This document shows, piece after piece, positions 28,857 to 41,412 of a stretch of 64,000 nucleotides of DNA. The stretch is from positions 1 through 64,000 of the forward strand of contig NOWV01000155.1 in the NCBI GenBank assembly GCA_003344405.1, read 5' to 3'. The notes under the pieces were generated by a model. It worked only from the letters and a program-made list of their open reading frames with translations. It was not told the DNA's origin and did no database searches. Origin of the DNA: Trichoplax sp. H2 (Eukaryota). The position numbers and the translations under genes are program-made. Within the stretch, counting starts at the first letter, position 1, and the number at the start of each line of letters is the position of its first letter.

Positions 28857-31646
28857 GTAAATAGAAAATAATTACAAAATCGTGCTATCTACCGTGCTCG
28901 TCTTTCATCTTTAGTACCAACAAGATTAATTATAAATATGCCCACAATGTTATTTTTTGCAAATAACTTTCTAAACTTAGTATTGGGTGAGAATATATCG
29001 ATACTTGTCACTAAGGTACTTCATTTAAAAAGTGTTACTGGTTTATAGCACATTAGCAAATAAAGTAAAGAAGAACAAATGGTAAAATCGCATGTGACTG
29101 CAGTCCTCTAGTGCGATAGTCGTTGTTACATTGTCAGTAATCCTTCATTCTAATCGTTGATCTAAGTCAGAATTGATAAAATATGACCCAAAATATCAGA
29201 TTATCCATCATAGTACTACCATTGTCGCAGCAGGGCCCATCTCCATGATGGCCACTAGAAGTAACTACAACCAATGCTACAACAAAAGAAAGAAACCTAT
29301 CTATGGCTACAAATTTATAAATAGCAATGGCTTACTAATCCACTTTATTCCTGTTCTAATCCAAGCAAATATAACTACTCCATTTTCTTTGTGTTGTTAA
29401 TTTAGATTTTAATATCAGATCTAGCTTACCGTCCTTTGCATTGGACTTCTCATCATTTTTATTCAGTCTTTTTTATCTTATTTTTCTTTTACTTTCTAAT
29501 TCCCGCCGTTTTGATCATTACTATAGCTATTTCAGAACTAAAAAATTACTAATTATCCATGCATATTTTGCATTTAAAATCAGTACAATGAAACAATAGT
29601 TGCTATGCTTATGCGTTCTAACAGTAGACGTACAATATGTGAAGGACTATAACTTAGACTGATTTGAATTAGCAATTTTCAGCTAAGATCACCATTTGAT
29701 CGACATAACTCACTTTTTATCAGTGACAGTTATCTTAAATGCTTTTAAAATCACATACCAAATTATGAAAGTGAATGTTCTATTCATCATATAAAATTAT
29801 GAAATCTACTATGCGTATAATGGAAAATTACCGAGGTTTTAGTCCTTAATTCAGCGAACTCAGTCAAATAAGGGATATTCTATCCGTCTGTTCTATCTAG
29901 TTGAAGGCGTTGAATATTAAAACAGTTCAAGCTTCCCTTGAAATAGGGGCTATTAATAGTATACTATACTTTCACAGGCAGCAATAAAACTTAATTTACA
30001 ATTATAAATTCTTCTGTCTGGAATTATATCAAGGTTTCCTCGAAACTAACTTAGACTGGAAGTACAGAATAGGGCTTTAACAAGTTATTATTGTTCCCAT
30101 TGATTTTAATTTACATCACTATAGGACTTTAATTAAATTTTCATAACTTATAAATCAATGTAGCAACATTCCATATTGATTTTTGTTGACTTATGAAAGG
30201 CAACGTGTTTTCAATACTATCCATTTGTTATCCAATTAGTAAATTGTCCTTCGTGTCTGAAAAGGTTACTTAAAAGAAAGGAATGTATAGGAATGATGTC
30301 CAACTTGAATTCAGTTGTACATGAACGCCAAATAATATATCTCCATAGAGCACCTGTGTTGTAGGCTGTGCAGAATTAAAATCACAGTGAAACATTATAT
30401 TCTGATCCCGACATATTTGTAAATAAGTTTTTTAATACAATAGCAATAGCTGTTATTATTGCACAAAGCTTCCCTCATTATAATGAAAGGTAGCTTGATG
30501 ATTTAGAAATAGTAGCTACTGAAAGTCTAGTAAATCTTGTCCAACTCGAAGCTACCATAAACGCCAAATGTATTTCTACAATCTATTACGGCAGTCTACT
30601 CTGATATAATAATAGCGTTAAACTGTCCATTATTTCTATGACATTATCATAACCTTTAATTTAAACTCTGCTTTGCTTATTAAATGCATCGAAGCATAAA
30701 AAAATAGCTTATAATGCATTCCTTATTATTTGAACATACAAATAATAATCTATCAATTTCCTATAGTTAGACAAACAATAAAACCTGATAAACATTAGGT
30801 CGTTAAATATTGGGGCGGTTAACGAGAATATTATTACTATACATAGCAATGTTATTTAGTCATAGCTTAATTGAAATTATTTTCGATCTTATTAGTCAAG
30901 CTATTGTAAAGTCAATACTTTTTATGGCATTTTGCCTCTCAAGTTACTGAGGTCATCTAGCTTTACCTGTTTATCTTATACGTTGAAAGTAAATCATTTT
31001 TTTAAGTATTTTATTTAAAGACAATTAAATAGAAATTATACTTTATATCGATAGATCTTGTTATATATTAATAATTTAAATCCTAATTTTGATGTTTAAT
31101 CTTTTACACGATTGATCGCACACTTAATAACCTCTAAATTTATCGATGGTAATCCCCATTGATAACTTATCCGTATTTCTGCCTTGGGTTAGGGCTTCTC
31201 CATCTTAAGCAATGCTAATTCAAGTAGCAATTTGTGTATATTATACATGCTTCATCCTTAATCAGTTAAATTCGGGGTTACTCACGATAATGTTATTTGC
31301 CTCAGCAAAGCTACCGTATAAAATAAGTCTTAGATCTACAGCATATGGCCTATAAATATAAGGAAGGTAGATTCATTGATTGACATTGAATATTAAATCA
31401 CTGCAAATAATGTAGGATTTTCTTATAAATCTTGTCTCGTGACATTCAGTTATTACCGCAAAGCGGATAATTCATTATGCTTACTGAATAGCGTTATAAT
31501 ACGCCACTTAATAATATTTATAACCTCGATTCATAAATATACTTGCTTATTTTTATGTTATCGATTCTGTGTAAAATTAAACTAACTAAATCTACAAGAA
31601 TGATATCAATTAGCTTCAATCACTGATTGTATTATTATTCTTATAG

Positions 31647-31751
31647 TTAAAATGGAAGGATGTCATCTTCCTCCAACTACTCCTTATTCGCACCCAAGTC
31701 GCCCTAATGTCAATTATCATGCAATGCCCAGCGACCATAGCATAAACAAAG
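31647..31751 (+). CDS. ETS transcription factor internal exon (V-KMEGCHLPPTTPYSHPSRPNVNYHAMPSDHSINK)
   Basis: Acceptor ttcttatag|, 105 open nt, donor AAAG|GTAACT; phase 1-1, in frame with the ETS-domain exon. Confidence 0.85.
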
Positions 31752-32212
31752 GTAACTATAATAAATTAGTAAAATTTTATGAATAACTATTTAACTTGTT
31801 CTATATAGTGCAATAGAGTAGGATAAGATATTGATTAGCTTATCCCTCCAATTTACTGATAAAATATTAATCGACAATTTGTTTTAATCCTTCAAATTAG
31901 CAAATCCTTATTTAGTATCGCCAAGAATATTTAAGAATGGAAAATTTTTACCACCAGGTAAGATAAGATGGTCATGATATCGTTGAGAATTGAAATACGG
32001 ATGGTTATTATAATAGTTATCAATCCCATAGTTGAAAGTAATCGAAGGTTAAACATAGCTTGTAAATAATATAGACTCAACCTTTGCATAACTACAAGGT
32101 GCATAGAAATGGGATCTTTACTGTTATATTCATAGAATGTGTATCTAGCTAATAGAAGAATCCAAAGGTGCAATGCCTAATAATCAATTATTTTATGTGT
32201 ATTAAATCATAG

Positions 32213-32511
32213 TGACCAAAAACTGCTCCTATCTATGGCAATTCCTGATAACTTTATTGGAAGATTCTCGTTACAAAGACATTATTTCATGGATTGATAA
32301 AAAGGAACGCATTTTTAAATTGCGCAATCCAACCGCCATTGCACACCTATGGGGATATCACAAAAATAATGATACCATGAATTATGAAAAATTAAGCCGT
32401 GGTCTACGCTATTACTATACGAAAGGCATTTTAGCTAAAGTACCACGACAACGGCTATGTTATCAATTTTTGGATGATACCGACAAAATTGCCAAGTCCG
32501 AGCTCAAATAA
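32213..32511 (+). CDS. Terminal exon encoding a complete ETS DNA-binding domain (ELF/TEL-like)
   Basis: YLWQFLITLL...IISW...IFKL...LWGYHKN..MNYEKLSRGLRYYY..GILAKV..QRLCYQF matches the ETS winged-helix signature, with three Trp and the RxxRxY recognition helix. Acceptor aatcatag|TG in phase 1; stop TAA at 32509-32511. Confidence 0.96.
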
Positions 32512-35500
32512 TTTGAACATTTTACAATCTATGTTTGGTTTGGTAATCGGATATGGAGTCTATTCATTGATCATCTTTTAATTTTATATTCACTCAAGAA
32601 TGTACAAGTACTATTTCTGTTCCGTAAGAGATATATGAATATAAATATTATATTATCTATGCTCAAGATGACCATGATACTTTGCTTATTCTTATTATCA
32701 CCTAAATTGGATTGGATTATATACTCACTATGAAGAAAATTCAGCCTAAGATCTATGAGCTTAATATACGTAATGACATCTCGCTATTAATGGTCTTACA
32801 AATTTAAGTGATGTACTACCGATAATTCAATTTAAATGTTTTAAATTCATATAATCCTAATATCTATGTTTGAAATCTATTTCTTGAAAGAATTTCATTT
32901 CATTTCTTGCCAATAGAATTATTTCATTTAATTCAGCTTCGTAAGTAAGTTTCATATTTGCATGTAAATTATATATGTATAGTATGATATTGTAACGTTC
33001 ATGGCAATAGTAACAATTTGAAAATGTGAATGTATATTAACTATAGCCTTAATTGCTATTACTTTTTAATCCAATAATGAAGGTTATTGCAAAGTAACAT
33101 TGATAGCTGTAGTATCCACTACTATTTTACTTCCTAACTTTGCATTCAAACGTTCATGTTAACAAGCAGAATGTTATTTCAGTTTATTATTGCAATAGAA
33201 AATAATTTAAAGAGCTACGCATGCATTATTTTAAATTGTAATCAATTTTGCAATAGCGCTCTGTTTAATATTATATGCTGAATGCTAGCAAATCCAAGTG
33301 TAGACTACTTGCTACTATAACTAAAATACATGATACGCCAAAAACCTGTAAGTGAGAATGCGATCATTTTTCCTTCGAGATGAAAACAATCCTGATATTT
33401 ATCTACGATATTAGCTACTCTATATAAAAATACAGATTCAAGTATGCTAGATATCTTCTAATTAATTTTATATCGCCTGATCATTTTATTAATCAAGATG
33501 TCTAAAAGTGTGTTGTAATTGATGCCGTGTGCTTATAATGTCCATCTAGTATCTTAATACAGCCTCAAGCCTGTGCAGGAAGATAGAATGGAAGTTTTAC
33601 TAGTAAATTTGATTAGAATATGCCAGATGTTATAATCCTTCCTTACGTTATGTTATTTACGTTGAAATTAACAATAAAATATAAGTGAAGCAATTAAATA
33701 TATATCTGTCATTATTACGTATACGGCTGTGATGTGGTGATGCCGAAAGGAACATCGTGCTTAACATACAACACAACTCAAATTTTCACTCGGAAATCAT
33801 AATACGTGCTACCTTAGTAAGATGAGCATGGATAAATGTATGAGTATGAGTATAACACATTTCAGATAGAATCAAATTAGGTAAGTTTTGTAACTTCAAA
33901 ATTGAGTACAGAACATGGAAATTACACTGCTTTAAAATGCAGCCGAAGAATCATAAACACAAATCGCGGCTTTTTTAATCCTCGATGTCGTGTTTTCAGT
34001 CCTACCAGTATTATTTCATCATTGGTCAGGAAGAAATAGTAAAAAACGCGGTTCCTTAGCAATATGTAGGGAAAACGAGTGGTTTATAACCGTAATTACG
34101 TCAGATATTAAATTGAAAAGAATTCGATAAACGTGGTAGTTGTTAGTAAGCGGTGGGATTATAAAAAAATCATAAAATCGCGCTTACACCGGTAACTCAT
34201 AAGGATGCAAGTAGGCAGTAACTAGTGTTTTAGCAAAATTATAGAATTTAGGTCAGTAAAGCTAGGTTTATTTAAAAGATATCTGCATTTCAACGTAAAT
34301 CGTAAAATAATCGATAAATTGTAGCTCTATTTCCGTAACATTTCTCAGAGTTCCAGTGAAGATATCTATATCAAGGACTTCAAATGGCTCTCAAACATGT
34401 AAATCCATTAGTAATAGCAGTGTTAAAACTGAAATTGAACCGAATTTCATCAACGTTTAAGATCAATGTAAGCCAGTAGAAATTAAAGAACCTGAAATGG
34501 CTCTGCCAACAATTCTAGAGGCTCATAACGTTCAGCTGGTGGTTTGGGCTTAGATATTGAGGCTCAGAAACGCGAAACCCAATGATATGTGATGATCACG
34601 GAGTCGGCTAATCGGAAAAATGAATTTTGCTAAGTTTTGGAGACTCCCTTAGATCAATCTTAGAATAGCACTCTTTTTCCTTTGTATTTTATCCAGAATA
34701 GAATATTGGCTGCTTTCTTATTTTATTTACTGGATGTTACGGTAAGCCTATATTGACAACAAAAGATGATCCTAAATTACAGAAAAGCTGCTACCCATAC
34801 GCAATAAAATTCAATATCAAATATGTAAACAGCCTACCATAAATAATAGTTGCGTTAAAGCGTTAAGTATTATGTAGTGTAGGGTTATTAACGTTGCTAT
34901 CACTCTACTAAGACATACGCTACTACTGTAGAATTGAGCTTTTCTAGCGGTAAGGTAACATCGAAACAATAAATCATTCTCTACTGGTGGATACCAGCTC
35001 AGTCTGCATTACTAGTACCGTAAATAAATTTAGTTCAATTATAATTAAGTAAAAAATAATGATAATCATCAGACGAACAAATATCAATACTTGATACTTC
35101 TCTATTTTTAGCGATGACACGGTTTGCGAACAGAGAACAAAAATCCATTTACTATTGCACGATAGTTTAGTTCAAGTAAATAATTATAATTACCTTGTAA
35201 TGTAGATGCTTAAATTATTATAAAACTGTGCATCATTACTTTAAGTGTAAATAAAGGGAAATGTTATTCTTAGCCATTAGTCAGGAGCTACAGTTCTGAG
35301 AATCTGAATTATGAAGTAATAATAATCACAGTACCTGAAGTTCCTTGTGTCAGATACAATGCCATTTGTAGTATATCTATTTACAGTTTACAAAATTTTA
35401 CGTATGTGAATTCAATGCTAAATAATAATCATATGTATTTACTCGAGACATCACCGCAGTTATTTACAAGGATGAGATAGCGCCTATCTAAAACTATTTC

Positions 35501-36109
35501 ACTTCTATTTTCCAGTATCTTACTTCAGCATTATGGACCTGCTATTAAGGAGGCCGACATCTGTGAATATTCATAGGATGCTGTAAATTCATTCAAAAAT
35601 AACGTAAAAATCGACAAGATCAAATTACTGCTTAGTCATCTTTACTGCAAGAAGCTATAAACATCAATCGTAGACCTTGCTGTCTCTAGTGAAACAGCTA
35701 CAGAAAAGCTACTGTATCTATTAGCAATAGCATTTGAATATTAATCATCTCTGCATAAGCTAGCTTTGAGACCACATTTCCGATATCATTTTCGAAAGAC
35801 AAATTATTTGGGCTGGTATCATATTATTATTCTCATTTAAAATTTGATAATGCATCTATTTTGACCACTTTACAGGGCTGTATGATATTGCTGTTATGTA
35901 CCTTGTATTAGATTGTATAGATGGTTCTATTTAATATAGTCAGATATCTAGGAATCGATATTATTATGACGCTAATATTAGATGACTACGTCACTGTCAT
36001 CGAAATAACTTAGATATGGATGTATGGTTTACGATAATGTTATATTTTAATATTGTTAGAAGTACTATTTTAGGAATTGTTGTTATTAGTAATAAACTAA
36101 GCTTATTAT

Positions 36110-36750
36110 AATATTATGAGATATAGTAATAAGTTATTAGTAAGTACTAGAATATAGGAGTTTGACAGGGCTCACAATCGTAGTAGTTGTTTGTTACCTC
36201 GAAAGTCTGTATTTGATAATTTAATCATAGTAACATGTTTCTTATTGAAATACGTTGATAGCGTAGTAAATATGTTTATAACAACTGAAAGAGTATATAA
36301 GTAGGACTGTCATCAATAAAAAGTTGTTTTGGTTAAGAATAAGTAGTGTGATGGTTATATACCATATATTGTGTAGAGAGAGTTTAGTGTCTACTTCGCA
36401 ATGATTCCAATTACATACCGTAGGCTAGGGAAGTAATTCTGCAGATTGAGGTATAGTTTATTACAAGTAAAGTGATGTTTTTCTTGAGTCACTAGGGTAG
36501 TTGTGGCATAATTGGTGGCAGCGCTGGAATGACTGTTAATTACTATATTGGAAAATAATGATTACTAATATTAGCCAGCTAGCTAATTATGGTAAATAGA
36601 TGTATGTAACTTGATGTATTGTAATTGAGAAGATTCCCTGCACCTTTATGGTGTTGAATAGTAACTGAAGAGTGATGATATATTGAGCAGATTGAACTGT
36701 ACATTTGTGATAAAATCCGATCACGAAAATCTCAAAGTTGTAGAAAATTA
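36110..36750 (-). repeat. Dispersed repeat copy (segment Y), inverted, abutting the segment X copy
   Basis: The reverse complement aligns by eye to 5265-5815, and the G/T-rich strand bias switches to A/C-rich at ~36760. Confidence 0.8.
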
Positions 36751-36770
36751 GAATTTTATTAGATCTAATA

Positions 36771-37285
36771 CAAAGACTAGCTTCTCACAGCTTTACTCTA
36801 GCTGAATACAAATACTGTGAGACTTCTAGAAAAAAGAATCAGATAATCTAATGTCTATTGCTTTTATACTCTTTGTAGCCTTCGCAGCTACAATCAGCAT
36901 AGCAGCATTCTACCATATATTACACATATTCAACTTATTATTAGTTACAGTATTTCATAGCGAACCATCGTTAATCCGATATAGAAATGATCACAGTATT
37001 TTCGTAGATACGAGTACTATTCCTACCCCTCAGAGTACATATGAACATAGCAAATCCTAGTATATGATGTATAATTCTATTTCTACATCTAACCTTATTA
37101 ATAGCTCAATACCTTACTGTATATATAGTCGACTATCTGTACTCTAGCATAGAGTAGAGTCTATCCTTACAGTCTATAATTATGGGCTACTAAGTATATC
37201 ATAAGATAAATATAGAAAAGACACTACCGTACATCATACTAAACATGGCTAATAGTCTACAATCACAATACTAAGTTACTTTACA
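36771..37285 (+). repeat. Dispersed repeat copy (segment X), homologous to 3169-3654
   Basis: The same collinear blocks as 3169-3654, with small indels. Confidence 0.9.
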
Positions 37286-40163
37286 ACATTAAAACTCATT
37301 GATAACCTATTTGAGGATATATTGAATAGTGGTTAACGCTATTGCCGTATACTGATCAAACAAAAAATAGTAAGAACGGCAGAGATGAACTTAGAGTAGA
37401 CTTTGCTTCTTTTGAGCTCAGGTTATTTTAGTTTGGATTCTCGTTCCATTTAATTATTTTTCTACTATTCTTTGACTCTGTAATGAAGGCCTTTTTAAAT
37501 TCTATCTAAGTGAAATAATTATTTTTTGAGAATTAGACTAAGTTAGGCAGAATAGCTGCAATACTTTTATTACAGATATAGACCAAAAAATTGCGAAAGC
37601 AATATTTTTTTATACAATCTACATATCAAGATTTCTCAAATAATATCGTTCATATGGATTCTTGCTAAGAAACCGGTAAGATTTCTACGAAAGTGAACGC
37701 AGTATAAATGTTACATTAGTAAAAATTGATTGTTAAATTAAGTATAAAATTTAAAGTAGTAGCAGTGTTCCGATAGAATTACAGCTTGACCACTGTTGTA
37801 CATAGATAATCTCTGTCAGACATGACCAGTTACGGTATTTATTAACTTTGATCTAAGCATTGAAAAGAGTACCGTATCAATTATATCTGTTTAACTAATA
37901 AGTAACCAATTTCATTAATTCTAGTGCTAGCCAAGTTCAGAAAGGTTGGAAAGAATACCTTTTATATAATAATGGGAATCGGTTTATGAATAAAGTATTT
38001 GTAAGTCCTATAACTTTCCAAAAATTAAAAATTTCAATTTAATTATCGTCCATCTGTTTCTTGTAAAGTAAAATGATGAGAAATATTAATAAATATTTAA
38101 TTTATTAACTCCTTATTTCATAATGCTTACAAAATTTATATACCGGAAAACCCCAAGAATGACGATAGGAACACAAATTTATTGATTATTGGCAGCTGTT
38201 AGAACTGGAAGATTTCATTATTTTGCGGGAGCCAATAGTTAAATTATTAAGTTAAAATAGAAATTTGGTAAATGGTAGAGTCTGCTTTCAACTTATCCTT
38301 TACAATTTGTTGTGTAAATACTATTTATCGTCTATCTAGCATAGATAGCATTGCAATTAACTTAAAAAGATTCCTTAGAACTTCGATATAGCTACTACAA
38401 ATATCGTTAACAATAGCAGTCATCATTCTCACTTTTTAACTAAAATATTGCAATATAACATAATGATAGGGGTATGTATTGCAATGCAATTTAACTGAAA
38501 AAGATCAATCAGAAATCAGAAATAGTTTCTACAAAATGCTATTACTTCAACAGTATTATCTTTTTCGACTCTACAGGACGTCCATCAAGGTATTGGAAAT
38601 CATTCATGATAGATATCTTAAAAAATAGCTAACAAGTAAGGAAGTAATCAAATTTTTCGTTCCAAATGTTGGCTATGCTTATGGCTAACGCCATATTATT
38701 GCTGATGTATAGTATCTAATTGCAATCCGGCAATACAGTATAAGACGATAGGCTAGCTGAGCAATAGAATAAAAGTTTTCAATCTCTTGGGCTTACTTTC
38801 TGCAACATAGCAGCTGAATACAACTCATTTTTAAAATACTAGATACTGCAACTTGCCACAGTAGCAGAACAGGATAGGTGGATAGACAGAGTAATAAGTT
38901 TATAACATACATGGTTTTGATTTGCATAGGAAAACTCGCTCGTTAGACTACATGAATAATTCAATATCTAACTTATACCTTCGCCCTATCATTATATATT
39001 CTGATCAAGGTAACGCCAACAGTGTTGAAAATGAAGTTCACTGCCTACAATTATTCCTAGCCATGGCACTAAGTATTTATCCACTATTATTATAGTGTAC
39101 TGTAGTTTTGGTTGTTTAAAAACAGCAAACAGTTACAAATTTCATAATTTAAATGGATGCCAGTATTAATTTTTGCGTTAATCAAGAGTAAGATTGAATT
39201 ATAAAAGTATTCTTGCCCCACTCCTCTCATGTTACTATTATAAGCCTAAGTACAAGAATAAAACGTAAAATACCAAAAGTCTAACTTTTATTGTTACAAT
39301 AACAGTCTGGACTTTTTATTATGACACAGATGGTTTAATAGTTAGGCTATTGGTAAATTAAGTAATAAATTATCAATGAGCTAATTCTGTAAACAATAAA
39401 AATGTCATTTTCCCATAAGATATTGACGTAATCTTAAAAGCAAGCCCACTCTCTTCACGATATCGAATTAATTATGTCATGGGATTTGTGAAACAGAAAT
39501 ATGCAAAAACAAAGTCTAATCATTGAAATCAATTAAAGACATGCAAGAAGTCGTTAAGTAAATGAATCTAGTTAGGAAATAGAGTTAGCTAAATCTGAAT
39601 AGAAATATCTTTTCTTTGGCGTTTCTTCCAACAACCATCATCAAATGCCGATCGCCAAGCCAATTTCAAAATCACAACTGGCAAAGATTAATTCTATAAA
39701 ATCTTAAAGTTTATTTTGAAACTTTCTTCTTGAAATATCCTTGTAATGAGCTATTATTTAGCCATGATAAATTAATATCAGGTGCTATATCTACAGCATG
39801 AAAGAAAACTAACCGCTGTCTATCAATTAGAATAAGAAATAACGCATTCAATGTGAATGAAATAATCGACAGCAAGATTCATGTATTATATCGTCAAGAA
39901 AGATTCTATTTATCTAATAAGACTTTCTTACGCATACCACTTAATTTTATACGTATTGTTAGTCAAAATGAACTCTGTAATCAGAGCTATAACAACCAGC
40001 CACCATTTTCGATGGTATCCTAAATCTATTTGCCGTGGTAAGAGAATAATAATTCATTTATTTCTCCCCTTTTAAGAGTATCTGTATTAAATTTATTCAT
40101 GTAGTCATGAATATTATAGAAACTGTAGCATTGAACTAGATGGCTGTTCTGAACTTTAATAAT

Positions 40164-41360
40164 TTAGACAAAGGTAACCTTACGAGAATGAGTCACATAC
40201 AATTTAGTTGTACTTCGATCACTATCACTGGATGCTGTTCGACTTGATTCAGGAATATAGGTAATATCGGGATTGACCGAGTATTGATAATCACTAATGA
40301 AATATTTTGCCTTAGTCAGTCGTTGACAGCAAAAAATAGATTTAAATGCTGAATTAAAGTGAGGATTACAATAATAGCAAATAATAACATTGGAGATACT
40401 ATAAAAGTAGGTTAAATATTTAGTAAATGTTCGAATTATTAATATTTTTTGGCGAAAATCACAATCGTATTTGCTATAGATAGCTATGAGATCCAACATT
40501 ACGTTAGTATCCACTAGAAAAATATAAATCCAGAAGGGTAGCCATGCTAACAGATAAACTACAAATATGATGACTGACATTTTACGTAATTTCTCTTTAA
40601 TTGAATCAATACTTTGATCATGTTGAAGAAACTGTAAATCATCAGATGCGCTGAATACTTTTTCAGGCAATTGTCGACCAGGGCTCATTGCTAAATCACG
40701 AATAACTTGAATATTGAAAAAGGCAACAGTAAGTACAGGCGCCACGAATGTAAGAGCAAAGAGGCAAGCATCATAAATTAATCGATTAGGATAACTTTGC
40801 AGCGAGCTATTTATTACTATGCAATAGGATGATTTGCCAAAGGTTTTCGTTTTTAAGGACATTCCATAAGGAATCATATAACCAATTGCCATCAGCCATA
40901 TTACTCCAATGCAATAGATTGCTTGTTTTTTATTCGGTTGTACATATAAAGATTTACAGATTGCACGATAGCGTGCATAACACATTAATGTGATAGTTAA
41001 TGCTGAGACGATGGTGGTAAAGATAAATGATGAATATAAAATTTGACACAGAAAGGATCCAAATGGCCATGTCCCATGAAATAAAAAATCGGAGATAAAC
41101 TGGAATAATCCAGATATAAGAAATAGGATAGTAACAAAGCTATAATTTAACATCATAATGTTGGTAAATGTCCATAATCGACGTGTACGAATAACTACAT
41201 ATCCGATAATGAGATTGCCAGTTATGGAGAAGATGAAGGTCGTGATGAAAACGATAGCTTTGACGATAGCCACAATCTTACTAATTTCATTAAAGTTGCC
41301 ATGATCGTAACAATCGCTAGATATATTGCTGATAGGGTTGCTTGTTTGATTACTAGCCAT
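40164..41360 (-). CDS. Class A (rhodopsin-like) 7TM GPCR, neuropeptide-receptor-like, 398 aa, intronless ORF
   Basis: Seven hydrophobic segments, TM1 GN, ECL1 WPFGxxLC, TM3 ARY (DRY position), TM4 W, ECL2 Cys, TM6 WLP, N-terminal NxS/T sites and a Ser/Thr-rich tail. An in-frame stop lies just upstream of the ATG. Confidence 0.95.
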   Translation of the reverse strand: MASNQTSNPISNISSDCYDHGNFNEISKIVAIVKAIVFITTFIFSITGNLIIGYVVIRTRRLWTFTNIMMLNYSFVTILFLISGLFQFISDFLFHGTWPFGSFLCQILYSSFIFTTIVSALTITLMCYARYRAICKSLYVQPNKKQAIYCIGVIWLMAIGYMIPYGMSLKTKTFGKSSYCIVINSSLQSYPNRLIYDACLFALTFVAPVLTVAFFNIQVIRDLAMSPGRQLPEKVFSASDDLQFLQHDQSIDSIKEKLRKMSVIIFVVYLLAWLPFWIYIFLVDTNVMLDLIAIYSKYDCDFRQKILIIRTFTKYLTYFYSISNVIICYYCNPHFNSAFKSIFCCQRLTKAKYFISDYQYSVNPDITYIPESSRTASSDSDRSTTKLYVTHSRKVTFV

Positions 41361-41383
41361 GTTAATATTAATGTTGAGCTAAT

Positions 41384-41412
41384 CTACAGTCAAGCAATAG
41401 GGAAAAAAAAGA
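41384..41412 (-). other. Probable 3' splice site of an intron in the GPCR 5' UTR
   Basis: The minus strand reads ctcttttttttccctattgcttgactgtag|attagc..., a polypyrimidine tract plus TAG acceptor 23 nt upstream of the ATG. Confidence 0.55.

Noticed and set aside
36851..37060. 69-aa ORF with a hydrophobic N-terminus resembling a secreted peptide
   Set aside because: It lies inside a dispersed repeat, and the homologous copy at 3.2-3.4 kb has indels that do not preserve it.
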